Source: Nitrospirota bacterium (lineage in GTDB: Bacteria; Nitrospirota; UBA9217). From it: a stretch of DNA of 64,000 bases. The stretch lies in the NCBI GenBank assembly GCA_963796285.1, contig CAWCKW010000012.1, positions 800,001-864,000 on the forward strand, read 5' to 3'. The translations under genes were made by a program, and so were the position numbers. The notes beneath the pieces were generated by a model. It saw nothing but the letters and a program-made list of their open reading frames with translations, was not told the DNA's origin and ran no database searches. This document shows positions 30,851-40,885 of this stretch, piece by piece. Within the stretch, counting starts at the first letter, position 1; every line of letters starts with the position of its first letter.

Positions 30851-31763
30851 CCAGAGATCTCTATCCTTCTTCGGGGATGCTCGTTATTTGCCCAAAATCA
30901 TCCTGAGTATGAAGCGAGGCACATATTTTTTTAAACGTAACGCTAACGTTAATATTTTATAGTTAGTAGCGCCCTCTTCATCTGCACAGATCAACGACAA
31001 TCTGTGTTTTAAAGAAGCGTTCTCCAGTCTTAACTTGAAAGCGGCACGTAATAACGTAACCATATTATCACCATAGAGTTTTTCATGATGACGTACAAGG
31101 AGTTCATAGGTCTGCTTCTCTCTGGACTCCTCTGCCCCTCTTGCGCTTCTCTGTTCATGATCATGTTTTCTGTAAAAAAAAGAACCTCGGGTATTTGATA
31201 TACTTCGACGTCAAGTTCTAGGAGCGACAACCATAAATCCCAGTCCTCGCCGGCATAGAGATAATCTGTCTTATATTTGCCGGCTGCCATCCAGTCCTTT
31301 TTTCTGAATACAGCGGAAGTGAAAATTACATTCCGATAAAGCATCTCCTCTTTGGAAAAAGGCGGCCAATACCAGTCGCCGGACTCGCTGCCGAACATAT
31401 TTAATTTACAGTAAACAATGCCGATCCGCGGATTCCTGTCTAGCAGTTCCACGGCTTTTTGAAGATAGGTGGCTCCAATCTTATCGTCCGGATCCAGCGT
31501 AGGATGTAATCGCCAGCAGAACGTTCAATGCCAAAGTTTCTCGCTGCCGAAACACCTTGGTTCTTCGTTTGGAATATGCGAGTTTTCGGGCGCTGATAAT
31601 CCGCTAACAAGTTGTTTGTGTAGTCATCCGTAGAACCGTCGTTCACGATAATAATTTCGAAATTGCTGAAACTCTGATTCAAAACCGAATCGACAGCCTC
31701 GTCTATAAATTCCCCATAATTGTAACAAGGAATAATTATTGATACTCTAGGGTTTTTACCCAT
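30847..31763 (-). CDS. GT2 glycosyltransferase (frameshifted; end approximate)
   Basis: SIIIPCYN, VNDGSTD, NQGVSAARN, EDWDLWL. Confidence 0.75.
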
Positions 31764-33378
31764 GTATATGACTCCTCTTAAGGATACTCTTGATATTCTT
31801 GAGAACATATATTGATTTCAGTATTAACCGTAATAATAAAGTAACAATCGTGCTACTCTTTTGTCCTCGAGTGCTCATCATCGCTTCGAGTAATGCCTTG
31901 AATGATCTCATGATACGATGCACGACGCTGATGCGACCTGTTCCGATAAATTCTTGCTTTTTAAGCGAAAGTACAAATGATTTAAATAAGACTTTATTAT
32001 AGATTTTATTAATGTATGGACCGGGCGTTGTCTCGAGTACGGCAACATCATGCTCAACAGGTCTCTCGTACTGCCTTGTCGAATATTGTTTGTCAACAAA
32101 GGGAGATTGTCGTAAATCATCATAGAGTTGTAAATAACGTCTTGCCTGAGTTTCGAGGGTATATTTTTCAACAGCAATTGTTCGGCAGTTTCTGCTCATA
32201 AATTCACGTTTTTGCCTATCAAGCGTCAGGGATACGATCGCATTACCTAAAGCGCGCGTATCTCCTGATGGCACGATCAAACCGGTATGCTCATTGATGA
32301 TAACATCCGGCATGCCTCCAATATTGAACGCGACCACGGGAATACCGCAACTCATTGACTCCAGCATTGTGTTCGGTAAATTATCTTCTAGTGAGGGCAA
32401 TATAAAGATGTCGGCAGCACAATAAGCACTCCGTATATTTTCATCAGTTTCCAAGAAACCAAGCGGTATCATATGCAAACCTGACGATTCAAGTTCTTTT
32501 GCGGGATGACCGAAACACATTACGGATATTTTTCGATCTCGAGCCATGCTAGCGAAGTCTTCATATTCCATGCATATTTGTATTGCAGACAGCAATTCCT
32601 TAAATCCTTTTCTTTTTTCGCTGCCGTTTTCGCTGCCAAAGAGCAAGATCAACCCATCTTCATGCAATCCCATCTTAATTCTTGCAGCATTTTTGTCAAG
32701 GGGTCTGAAAACGTCAGTTTCCAAAGAATTCGGAATAGTTTCTACCCGGTGCCTGCGAAATATTGTGCTTTTCCGGGCACAATCGGCAAGCCATTGGCTG
32801 GGAGAGACAATCGTAATCTGCGCATCTTCAAAATAATGAATTTTGTCTTGCAACAGAGAGGAAATAAGACCGGCTGCATCGTCCAAAAGCTGCGGACACC
32901 GGGAACAGTTGCTTCTATATTTCGTGCATCCTGCCGAGTAATGACAACCGCCGGTAAAAGGCCACTGATCGTGCAATGTCCATACGACGGGTTTGCCCAA
33001 CGATGCCAAATAAGCGATAGTATGGGGAGATTGAAAGCCGATGATCCAGTGTAAATTTATAATATCAGCCTCTTGAACCAGACTGAGACCAGACACGTCG
33101 TAGCCCATAGAGGCGAAAGAAAAAAGCGTATTACTCATTGTCGTTCTATGTCTGTTAATGTAATATTCCTGAACAAAATCTGAGAGTAGAAAGCTATCCG
33201 GCTCCTTTCGTTCAGGAACTTGAACATTGATTTGATGAATATAATTCTCGGCGGACGCTTTATGCTTCACCAGCATTTCACAATTCTCGCCGATGCTTCT
33301 CAACCCTTTAGCAAGACGGTAGCACGCCTTTGCGGCCCCTCCTTGTGCATCTTCTGTGGACAGCTGAATTATTTTCAT
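31756..33378 (-). CDS. GT4 glycosyltransferase (WcaC-like)
   Basis: GGAAKA, NLHW, WTLHDQWPFTGGCHY, EDNLPNTMLES. Confidence 0.88.
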   Translation of the reverse strand: MKIIQLSTEDAQGGAAKACYRLAKGLRSIGENCEMLVKHKASAENYIHQINVQVPERKEPDSFLLSDFVQEYYINRHRTTMSNTLFSFASMGYDVSGLSLVQEADIINLHWIIGFQSPHTIAYLASLGKPVVWTLHDQWPFTGGCHYSAGCTKYRSNCSRCPQLLDDAAGLISSLLQDKIHYFEDAQITIVSPSQWLADCARKSTIFRRHRVETIPNSLETDVFRPLDKNAARIKMGLHEDGLILLFGSENGSEKRKGFKELLSAIQICMEYEDFASMARDRKISVMCFGHPAKELESSGLHMIPLGFLETDENIRSAYCAADIFILPSLEDNLPNTMLESMSCGIPVVAFNIGGMPDVIINEHTGLIVPSGDTRALGNAIVSLTLDRQKREFMSRNCRTIAVEKYTLETQARRYLQLYDDLRQSPFVDKQYSTRQYERPVEHDVAVLETTPGPYINKIYNKVLFKSFVLSLKKQEFIGTGRISVVHRIMRSFKALLEAMMSTRGQKSSTIVTLLLRLILKSIYVLKNIKSILKRSHIHG

Positions 33379-33574
33379 GGTTAATTTTTTTCGATCTAAT
33401 CCCCAGCGTTAAATAACCACGGGACTGGCATTCTTAATTTTATATTAAAAAATAACAATCCAATGGGACGCCTTGTGACATCAAGAACATCGAGAACCGG
33501 TTTTAAACCTTATACATAAAAGCAGCCGTTCACTGAACGTCGCATGATCGAGTTGTGATTGCGGTGTTTTCATT

Positions 33575-34588
33575 TTATTTCTCGAGTCCTAACGCTCGTG
33601 CATCCGGTTTTCTGTTCCGGGCAAGCTTTTTTACAGGATCAAGGCCTTTGATGAGCTGTATCAGCTGCGCTGTTCGCTTCGTCATCCCCTGTTTGTTGAG
33701 ATGGTAGAATGAATTATAAAATAAGTCTTTGTCATAAAAAAACATATACGGATTGCCGAGAACTGATATATTATTCCGCACAAAATAGTTGTTCAATGTC
33801 TCAAAATAATACTTGTAGTACGGTTTTTCATATTCCGCATTATAAACGGTATTTGGATAGCTCACATAGAGCGTGACATTGTTCCGTTTGCACCATTCAC
33901 TAAATTCCTTAACCATTGTGAGACCCGGTCTCGGTTTGGGTTCGCCGATCGGCATAGCAATGGGAAGTGAAACGAAATCCTCTTTCCCGTCGTTGCTCGT
34001 TGCATCTCCATTTTCATTCAAACCCAAGGAGGTATAAACTCCGCCTCGTTCCACAGGGGGGTTCCGATTATTTAAATATTTCCGTTCCCGCATCGCGGTA
34101 ATGATCTGGTCCCGATTAACGGACAATAGGTATCGCATGACGGTCAGTGGGGAAGTATGGAACAAGTAATTTCTGTCGTAGGTAAACAGATATTCCAGCT
34201 TGATCGTATCGGGGACTTCGTTATACGAATATAATTCATACTCAAACGGCAGAATGATGATATCGCCCGGTTTTAAAGATTGCTTAACTCGAAATAGGAT
34301 GTAATCCGTATCAAGTGCGACACAAACGGCCATGTTCACTACGGGGATCTTGAGCTCTTTCTGGATATCCTTGGTCCTGATCCCGAAGTGACTAGCGCTG
34401 CCGCCGAGAATGACAATCTTATTCCCCACAATATTCTTCGCGATGGATTCTTTAACGTTCATAAAATCATCGATCCAAAGAGTCGTCTTAGGAGTTCTGA
34501 AATAAAACGCCACGAGGACCATATAGGCTAAAATAAGAGCAATGGTGAATGATACTGTAATATAAAACCACTTCTTTGATTTTTTCAT
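33575..34588 (-). CDS. Membrane-anchored SGNH-like acyltransferase partner of MBOAT (DltD/AlgJ/PatB-like)
   Basis: Single N-terminal TM, ILGGSAS (candidate catalytic Ser), FYNSFYHLN (candidate His); follows MBOAT gene. Confidence 0.6.
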   Translation of the reverse strand: MKKSKKWFYITVSFTIALILAYMVLVAFYFRTPKTTLWIDDFMNVKESIAKNIVGNKIVILGGSASHFGIRTKDIQKELKIPVVNMAVCVALDTDYILFRVKQSLKPGDIIILPFEYELYSYNEVPDTIKLEYLFTYDRNYLFHTSPLTVMRYLLSVNRDQIITAMRERKYLNNRNPPVERGGVYTSLGLNENGDATSNDGKEDFVSLPIAMPIGEPKPRPGLTMVKEFSEWCKRNNVTLYVSYPNTVYNAEYEKPYYKYYFETLNNYFVRNNISVLGNPYMFFYDKDLFYNSFYHLNKQGMTKRTAQLIQLIKGLDPVKKLARNRKPDARALGLEK

Positions 34589-34597
34589 GGCGACAGT

Positions 34598-36052
34598 TCA
34601 AAATGTGAAATAAATAAAATGGGACGTTGCTGAAAACATAGACAATAATGATACGACAAGCAGTATCGATACTGCAACGGCAAATCCGGCAGATGGCCGG
34701 AATTGGGACTCCAACTCGTCCGAATTTTTTCCAAGACTGGCAAACAGCAAATAGGCGACAATCATAACGATCATAATAACATTCCCGTTGATATTTTGCA
34801 GCCATAATAATGAGTGAGCGGTATAATGCTGGAAAAAAACGAGGTCGGTTTTGATTGATGCGATATTCACCCCTCTCATTCCCATCATTCCTTTCAGAAG
34901 GGAAAAAGCATCGGTGAAACTATTTGCCCTAAAAAATATCCAGGTAATATTGACGAAATTAAAGGTAATGAACCATCCGACGACGTTATTCAGTGCAAGG
35001 CCGTACTTCAGCCACAACCGGTGCACGATGATGGCAAGCCCATGCAGTGCCCCCCAAACAAGAAAGGTCCAGCCAGCTCCGTGCCAGATCCCTCCAAGCA
35101 GAAAAGTAACCAGCAAATTTGACAGTGTTCTCCCTTCGGAACGCCGGTTGCCGCCAAGAGGAATATACACGTATTCCCTCAGAAATCGGCTCAACGTTAT
35201 ATGCCATCGTCTCCAGAAGTCCTGAATATCGCTTGCCCGGTAGGGGCTGTTAAAGTTGGCTGGCAACCGGATGTTGAAAAACAGGGCTGCTCCGATAGCC
35301 ATATCGGTATAGCCAGAAAAATCGTAGTATAACTGCAATGAGTAGGATAGCGACGTCGCCCATGACTCCAGGAAGTTCAACGCCGACGGATTGTTGAATC
35401 CGGCATTTGCCCATACTGCAAATGAGTCGGCGATCATAACTTTTTTAAACAGGCCGATCGCGAACAGCAATAAACCGCGCGACAAATTATCATAATTTAT
35501 TATTTTACTTCTCAAACTATCGAACTGTGGCATCATTTCTTTGTGGTGGATAATAGGACCTGCAAGTAAATGGGGGAAAAATGTAACGAACAGTGCGTAA
35601 TTGATAAAATCATACTCCTGAACTTGGTTCCTATAGGCATCAACGAGAAACGCTATTTGCGTAAAGGTAAAGAAGCTTATTCCGAGCGGCAGGGACATAG
35701 CTACCAGTTTTAGATGCAGATCGGCAATGCTATTGATGTTTGATATAATAAAATTATAGTATTTATAGTAGGCTAAAGTGGAAAGATTAACGGCTATTCC
35801 CGACAAAAGAATTATTTTTTTCATCCTGCTAGCTTTTATTTTGGCCAACATGACTCCGGCTGCAAAATTAACAAGTATACTGCCTGCGATAATGAGCAAA
35901 TCAGCAGCATTCCACCAGCCATAAAAAAAGAGTGAAACTAAAATCAGCCATATTTTTGAACCGGTCGTCAACTTCGCCTTACTTAAGAAAAAGAAAACAA
36001 CTACTGCGACCGGCAGAAATATAACTATAAAAAAGTACGAATTGAAAAGCAT
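34598..36052 (-). CDS. MBOAT O-acyltransferase (AlgI/DltB/PatA family)
   Basis: LPLGISFFTF, DFSGYTDMA, FWRRWHITLS, GIWHGAGWTF, C-terminal FIYFTF. Confidence 0.93.
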   Translation of the reverse strand: MLFNSYFFIVIFLPVAVVVFFFLSKAKLTTGSKIWLILVSLFFYGWWNAADLLIIAGSILVNFAAGVMLAKIKASRMKKIILLSGIAVNLSTLAYYKYYNFIISNINSIADLHLKLVAMSLPLGISFFTFTQIAFLVDAYRNQVQEYDFINYALFVTFFPHLLAGPIIHHKEMMPQFDSLRSKIINYDNLSRGLLLFAIGLFKKVMIADSFAVWANAGFNNPSALNFLESWATSLSYSLQLYYDFSGYTDMAIGAALFFNIRLPANFNSPYRASDIQDFWRRWHITLSRFLREYVYIPLGGNRRSEGRTLSNLLVTFLLGGIWHGAGWTFLVWGALHGLAIIVHRLWLKYGLALNNVVGWFITFNFVNITWIFFRANSFTDAFSLLKGMMGMRGVNIASIKTDLVFFQHYTAHSLLWLQNINGNVIMIVMIVAYLLFASLGKNSDELESQFRPSAGFAVAVSILLVVSLLSMFSATSHFIYFTF

Positions 36053-36095
36053 GAAAACTCCTTGAAGCGCTTGCGCTCAAATAACAACCGGTGAA

Positions 36096-37502
36096 TTAAC
36101 GATCCAGTCCCATCTTATTTCTTCTTTGCTTCGCGAATCGAAGCACATCTTCATAAACCGTCTTAACCGACGTGCCGTATGCTCCGTCATGCTTTACGAC
36201 AGTAGACGTCCGCGAGGGACGACTTTTCAATAGATCGTCATACAATTTAATGTAGTTTTGCGCTTGATCCTCAAGCCTGAACTTATTCCGAATGAACGAG
36301 CTGCACTGTTCACTCATCGTTCTGCGTATCGTCGAATTAAATGCCAATTCCAGAATAGCTCTTCCAAAACCGATGTCATCCTTCAATGGGATAAGCTTGC
36401 CATTCACGTCGCTGGTTATTACGTCAGGCATCCCTCCGACGTCAAATGAAATAACCGGTGTTCCACAGGCCATTGCTTCGATCATCGTATTCGGCAAATT
36501 GTCTTCCAATGAAGGCAGAACAAACATATCGGAGGCATTATAAATCCGTGCCATGTCACTATCGTCTTCAACGTAGCCCATGTCCAAAAACGGAATAGGC
36601 AATTCCTTTATTGATGCATCCGCCTTACCGACACAAATGATCACAACCTTATTCGTATCAGCAAGTTTTTTAAACTCTTTATCTTTAATACAATATGAAA
36701 GGGCTGATATAAGATTCTTTAAGCCCTTTCGTTTTTCCCTGGCATCGGCTGTGCCGAACATGATAGTAATCGTATCAGTATCAATACCAAGTCTTTTTTT
36801 AGCGGCTATTTTTTCAACAGGGTAATAAATGTCCGGTTCTATGGAGTTCGGAACGACTTCGATGCGATTGGTTTTGAAAAGGTTGCTTTCCCTAGCTTCT
36901 TTTGCAAGCCATGAACTTGGTGTCACAACAGTTAAATCAGCGCCTTTAAATAACTCTATTTTATCCTTGAGAACGGCTGTCGGCAAGCCGAAAGGGTCAT
37001 CTTGAAGTTGGGGACAATCGCGGCATAAATCCTGATAGTTTATGCAACCAGCCGAATAATGACATCCGCCAGTAAAGGGTTTTTGATCGTGCAACGTCCA
37101 GACAACCGGCTTGTTCAGTGCAAAGATAGCGTTCAACGATATTGGTGACAAAAAATCTTCTGTCCAATGCAAATTCAGAATATCAGCATCTCGCAGCAGC
37201 TGCGATTTTGAGAGATCATAACCAGGATAGGAAAAGCTGAAATAGGTGTTGGATATCCCGGTCCTGTTGAACCAAATATAATATTTATTGATCAGATGGT
37301 CGTTCTTGAGCTTCTCTACGTAATCAATGTCCGATTCTGCAATAATAATCGTTGGATCGGAAGATATTATTTCTTTTACCAGATATCGTGAATATTGCCC
37401 GATATGCAAAAGGCCCTTATGAAGCCTGTACGCCGCCTTGCCTGCACCGCCGGCGATCCCATACGTATTGATCTGTAATATTGAATGCTTATGCCTATTC
37501 AT
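36096..37502 (-). CDS. GT4 glycosyltransferase (WcaC-like paralog)
   Basis: GGAGKA, NLHW, WTLHDQKPFTGGCHY, EDNLPNTMIEA. Confidence 0.88.
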   Translation of the reverse strand: MNRHKHSILQINTYGIAGGAGKAAYRLHKGLLHIGQYSRYLVKEIISSDPTIIIAESDIDYVEKLKNDHLINKYYIWFNRTGISNTYFSFSYPGYDLSKSQLLRDADILNLHWTEDFLSPISLNAIFALNKPVVWTLHDQKPFTGGCHYSAGCINYQDLCRDCPQLQDDPFGLPTAVLKDKIELFKGADLTVVTPSSWLAKEARESNLFKTNRIEVVPNSIEPDIYYPVEKIAAKKRLGIDTDTITIMFGTADAREKRKGLKNLISALSYCIKDKEFKKLADTNKVVIICVGKADASIKELPIPFLDMGYVEDDSDMARIYNASDMFVLPSLEDNLPNTMIEAMACGTPVISFDVGGMPDVITSDVNGKLIPLKDDIGFGRAILELAFNSTIRRTMSEQCSSFIRNKFRLEDQAQNYIKLYDDLLKSRPSRTSTVVKHDGAYGTSVKTVYEDVLRFAKQRRNKMGLDR

Positions 37503-37679
37503 ATCTGAGTTGAATAACGTTCCAATACTATCGGCGATCTTCGCTGATTCTTTCTACAAAATACATGTCATTCGCTATGTCTTCAGATCTTCGCACGCGA
37601 AGACCATCGCTTCAACATCGTTTTTAAATGGTGCTTGCCCTGCCTCAGGGGAGCGGTAATCCGCCAACTTAAAGTAGAC

Positions 37680-38156
37680 TCATGATGTAAGAGCTTTTTC
37701 TTCGAGGGTCTGGTGTTCAAGCAACGCATGAAGCAGAACTACATCTATCTTCTCATGAAGAAATTTGCTTATAATATCGGTGATGATTTTTTCCGGTTCG
37801 GCAAGGATAAAATCGGCATTTTTTATATTAAGCATATTAACCCGTGCAATAGCAGCTGCGATGGATGTTTCATGAATATCATATCCATACACTTATTTCG
37901 TAAATTGAGCAAACGCAGCAGAAATAGATCCGGACCCGTAGCCTATTTCAAGAATTGTTTTTCCATCCAATTCAAAACATCCCCTCACCCAGGGTATCGT
38001 ACAATTCATGGCGTGAAGGTACCTTCTAACTAAATGTTCCTCTAGCTCGTTTTGGCCGTCAGCCGAATCTAGATATTCTTTGCTGTAAAATTTGAAATTA
38101 GTTTTCAGGAATTCATTTTTTAGGCGTTTATAGGTGTCTGGGTCTATGTCAATCAA
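37680..38156 (-). pseudogene. Class I SAM-dependent methyltransferase, frameshifted and apparently truncated
   Basis: ILEIGYGSG motif I, YGYDI, DVVLLHALLEH, then stop at 37680. Confidence 0.6.
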
Positions 38157-38947
38157 GGTTCCCTCACGGAACTTGGAGTACCTTCATCGTTTTTGAATAC
38201 AAAATACCATCCACTTGCCAACCATAGAGGCGAGAGATCGGCCAGTGCAAGATCGATCCCGGCGACAATGCCGTTCTTGGAAGCGCAGTAGCTCAAGCCG
38301 CTCAGAACGTCCGATTTGGCAAAACTGACAAGGAAAAGGTCGTGTTCATTAAGCATCCGGGTGAACGATCCGAACGAAAAGAATTGCACATGGTGATGAC
38401 CGCACTCCTTGTCCTTTGTTGTGTTTAATTTCGCCAGTTTCAGAAACTTGTTTTTGAGCTCCCACGGACCGTACCCGTTCGGGACAGTGGCGATCAAGAT
38501 GCCCCGAGGTGCAAGATGGGTTCTCAATTTACTTACGATGTCGGCAGGTTGATCGGTGTGCTCCAGCACTTCCGAGATAACAATGACGTCATATTTCACA
38601 TCATTCGCGTCGAATGTGTATGCATCGTCTCTGTTGACAGTGATGTTGGTGATCCCTCGTTCAGCGATGGATCGCTTCACCCCGTGCACGAGGTTTTCGT
38701 CGAGATCGAATGCTCGCACGGTCCCACCAAGCCGTGACAGCGGAAGAGTGATCGAACCGTCGCCACAGCCTACCTCAAGGATCTTCAGCGCCGCCGGATC
38801 GACAGCTCTATCGGCAGCATAGGCACAGACGGCATCATAGATAAAGCGCAGCTTCTTGATGTCGACCTTGCGCTCATATTTGCTGAGAGACCTGAATTGT
38901 GCGAAATCGACCATGATGGAGCGTTCCTTTCGGGTCTGTTCATTCAT
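38153..38947 (-). CDS. Class I SAM-dependent methyltransferase
   Basis: ILEVGCGDG, YDVIVISEVLEH, TVPNG. Confidence 0.87.
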   Translation of the reverse strand: MNEQTRKERSIMVDFAQFRSLSKYERKVDIKKLRFIYDAVCAYAADRAVDPAALKILEVGCGDGSITLPLSRLGGTVRAFDLDENLVHGVKRSIAERGITNITVNRDDAYTFDANDVKYDVIVISEVLEHTDQPADIVSKLRTHLAPRGILIATVPNGYGPWELKNKFLKLAKLNTTKDKECGHHHVQFFSFGSFTRMLNEHDLFLVSFAKSDVLSGLSYCASKNGIVAGIDLALADLSPLWLASGWYFVFKNDEGTPSSVREP

Positions 38948-39948
38948 TGCTTTACGATCATACCCTGAGTGCCTCCTACACGGATGATCTTCTCTTTCTT
39001 ATCGAGGAAGAAGGCATTAGCAAGCGGTATCCCGTGGTTGTGGAAGCAGCCATGGTTGTAGTTGTCGATCAGGATGATCCCTCCGGCAGGGACTTTGGGA
39101 TAGATATATTCCATGATGTCCGGGAGAGCGTAAAAATCAATGAACGCAAAGGCAATGCGCTTGATCGGGCTGTCTTCGAATACTCCTGGAGCGTGGCCCT
39201 TCATTAACTTCACGAACGGGAAACGGGCAAGATTTTTAGAAACAACCTCGTAGCTCAAGTTCGGGATATAGTCCTGGGGGTCAAAACCGTCGCAGGAGTA
39301 TATCGTCTTGTTGATGGCGTACGCCTCCAAAATGCTTGCCATATAATAAGTACTGCCCCCTTCTCCGGTGCCGACCTCCAAGACATCACCTTCCACGTCC
39401 GCAGTCGTTTTGATGCAATCGATCAGCCGGATTATGCTGTCCGAAGGGATCGTACATGCCATGGGCAATGAACGCTTAATGGATAAATAATCATAATCAA
39501 ACACCTCGGGATTATTGCTGTAGGAGATATTCCCGAGCTCATAGTTGTACCGTATCCTGAACTTCCACACCCCTTCCACGGTCAGCGCACGTGCCGGTCG
39601 AAGGATCTCGAAATATAGAAGATCGAGATAGACATATTGAAAGTTTATGTCCGTTATAATGATCGGATCCGTTGCCTGAGTCTTGTAGTCGGAAAAGCTG
39701 ATGATGGGGACATTGCCAATTTTTTGCCCACGCTTGGCCGGGTTCAGGTCGACGATGGCCTTGTAAGCTCCTGGTAATTTTTTGATAAGTTTTTCTGCAG
39801 CCCGGCTGTGCCCGAATAGATAGATGTCTTTCCCGAGTTCCTTGGTCCATTCTATGAATTTGTCCATGAACAGGTCGGATTTGTCTTCATGTACCGGCTT
39901 GTTAGCGTAAGAGCCAAGTAATCGGTCAGTAAGAATATCAAGGTACAT
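38944..39948 (-). CDS. TylF/MycF-like O-methyltransferase with N-terminal Rossmann-like domain
   Basis: GDVLEVGTGEGGS, CDGFD, FAFIDF, GGIILIDNY. Confidence 0.72.
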   Translation of the reverse strand: MYLDILTDRLLGSYANKPVHEDKSDLFMDKFIEWTKELGKDIYLFGHSRAAEKLIKKLPGAYKAIVDLNPAKRGQKIGNVPIISFSDYKTQATDPIIITDINFQYVYLDLLYFEILRPARALTVEGVWKFRIRYNYELGNISYSNNPEVFDYDYLSIKRSLPMACTIPSDSIIRLIDCIKTTADVEGDVLEVGTGEGGSTYYMASILEAYAINKTIYSCDGFDPQDYIPNLSYEVVSKNLARFPFVKLMKGHAPGVFEDSPIKRIAFAFIDFYALPDIMEYIYPKVPAGGIILIDNYNHGCFHNHGIPLANAFFLDKKEKIIRVGGTQGMIVKQ

Positions 39949-39968
39949 AGTTTATTCCCTTCCTCTTT

Positions 39969-40814
39969 TTAGGGACGTTTTAAAATACGGGTCTTCAGCT
40001 GTTTCAGTATCCCTGCACGCTTGCTCGGTACGCCTGGTTTACGCATACATGCTACAAACTGCCAATATCCCAGAGAAGGATCAAAACGATTCATGTCGCG
40101 AATGCTTATGATCTCATAATCGAACTGCGGCACAGCCTTCATCAGTCTCTCCACAAATGTTTCCGGCGTGTAATAGCGCGCAAACGGAATCTTCCACGGC
40201 TGTGCGCTCACCAGAACCGCCTCTGGATCAAAGTTAACCGCAGAAAGATCCAGATCGGGATCCGCCATGTTTACTACAACGGTTGATATGAATAACGGGA
40301 CAATGCACATGCGGCCACCGGGTTTCAGCAGTCGGTATGCCTCTTTCAAGAAAAGCGAGTCTCTATTCTCTTCGAAATGTTCAATAGAGTTGTTAACCGC
40401 GATCAGGTCGATACTGTCATCCGCCAAGGGAATATGCGTACAGTCACTTCCAATGAGGTCTCCATGTATTCCTGGTTCAAAACACATGTCCTGCATATAG
40501 ACTTTCACATTGGAAATCTTTCGGACAATTTTCGAAAAGGGAGACCAATGGCTGGCAGCGTCGACCATAACTTCGCCTTTTTTTGGCTTCAAAAAATGTA
40601 CACTCAAAAAATGTTCGAGCCACTTGTCTGCGATAATACCCCGATAATACTTGACCCACTCGGCATCCTTCATCAGGATCTCTTTAAATGAATTTGCTTC
40701 TGCTGAAAGTGATTCCGAAGACAGTGTCTTCAACGGAATGGTTTGCTTCTGAATACGCTGCTCAATCTCTTCCGGATCAAAAACAGGCATGGAAGAATAA
40801 ACTCGCTCTGTCAT
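39969..40814 (-). CDS. Methyltransferase-domain protein (type 11-like)
   Basis: IPLADDSID, SIEHF, RLLKPGG. Confidence 0.7.
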   Translation of the reverse strand: MTERVYSSMPVFDPEEIEQRIQKQTIPLKTLSSESLSAEANSFKEILMKDAEWVKYYRGIIADKWLEHFLSVHFLKPKKGEVMVDAASHWSPFSKIVRKISNVKVYMQDMCFEPGIHGDLIGSDCTHIPLADDSIDLIAVNNSIEHFEENRDSLFLKEAYRLLKPGGRMCIVPLFISTVVVNMADPDLDLSAVNFDPEAVLVSAQPWKIPFARYYTPETFVERLMKAVPQFDYEIISIRDMNRFDPSLGYWQFVACMRKPGVPSKRAGILKQLKTRILKRP

Positions 40815-40885
40815 AAAAAATACTCACCTTTCTCTTAAGGCTGGTCGCAGATATGGACTGTCGAATCATCGGCCCGCAGTTTGTA

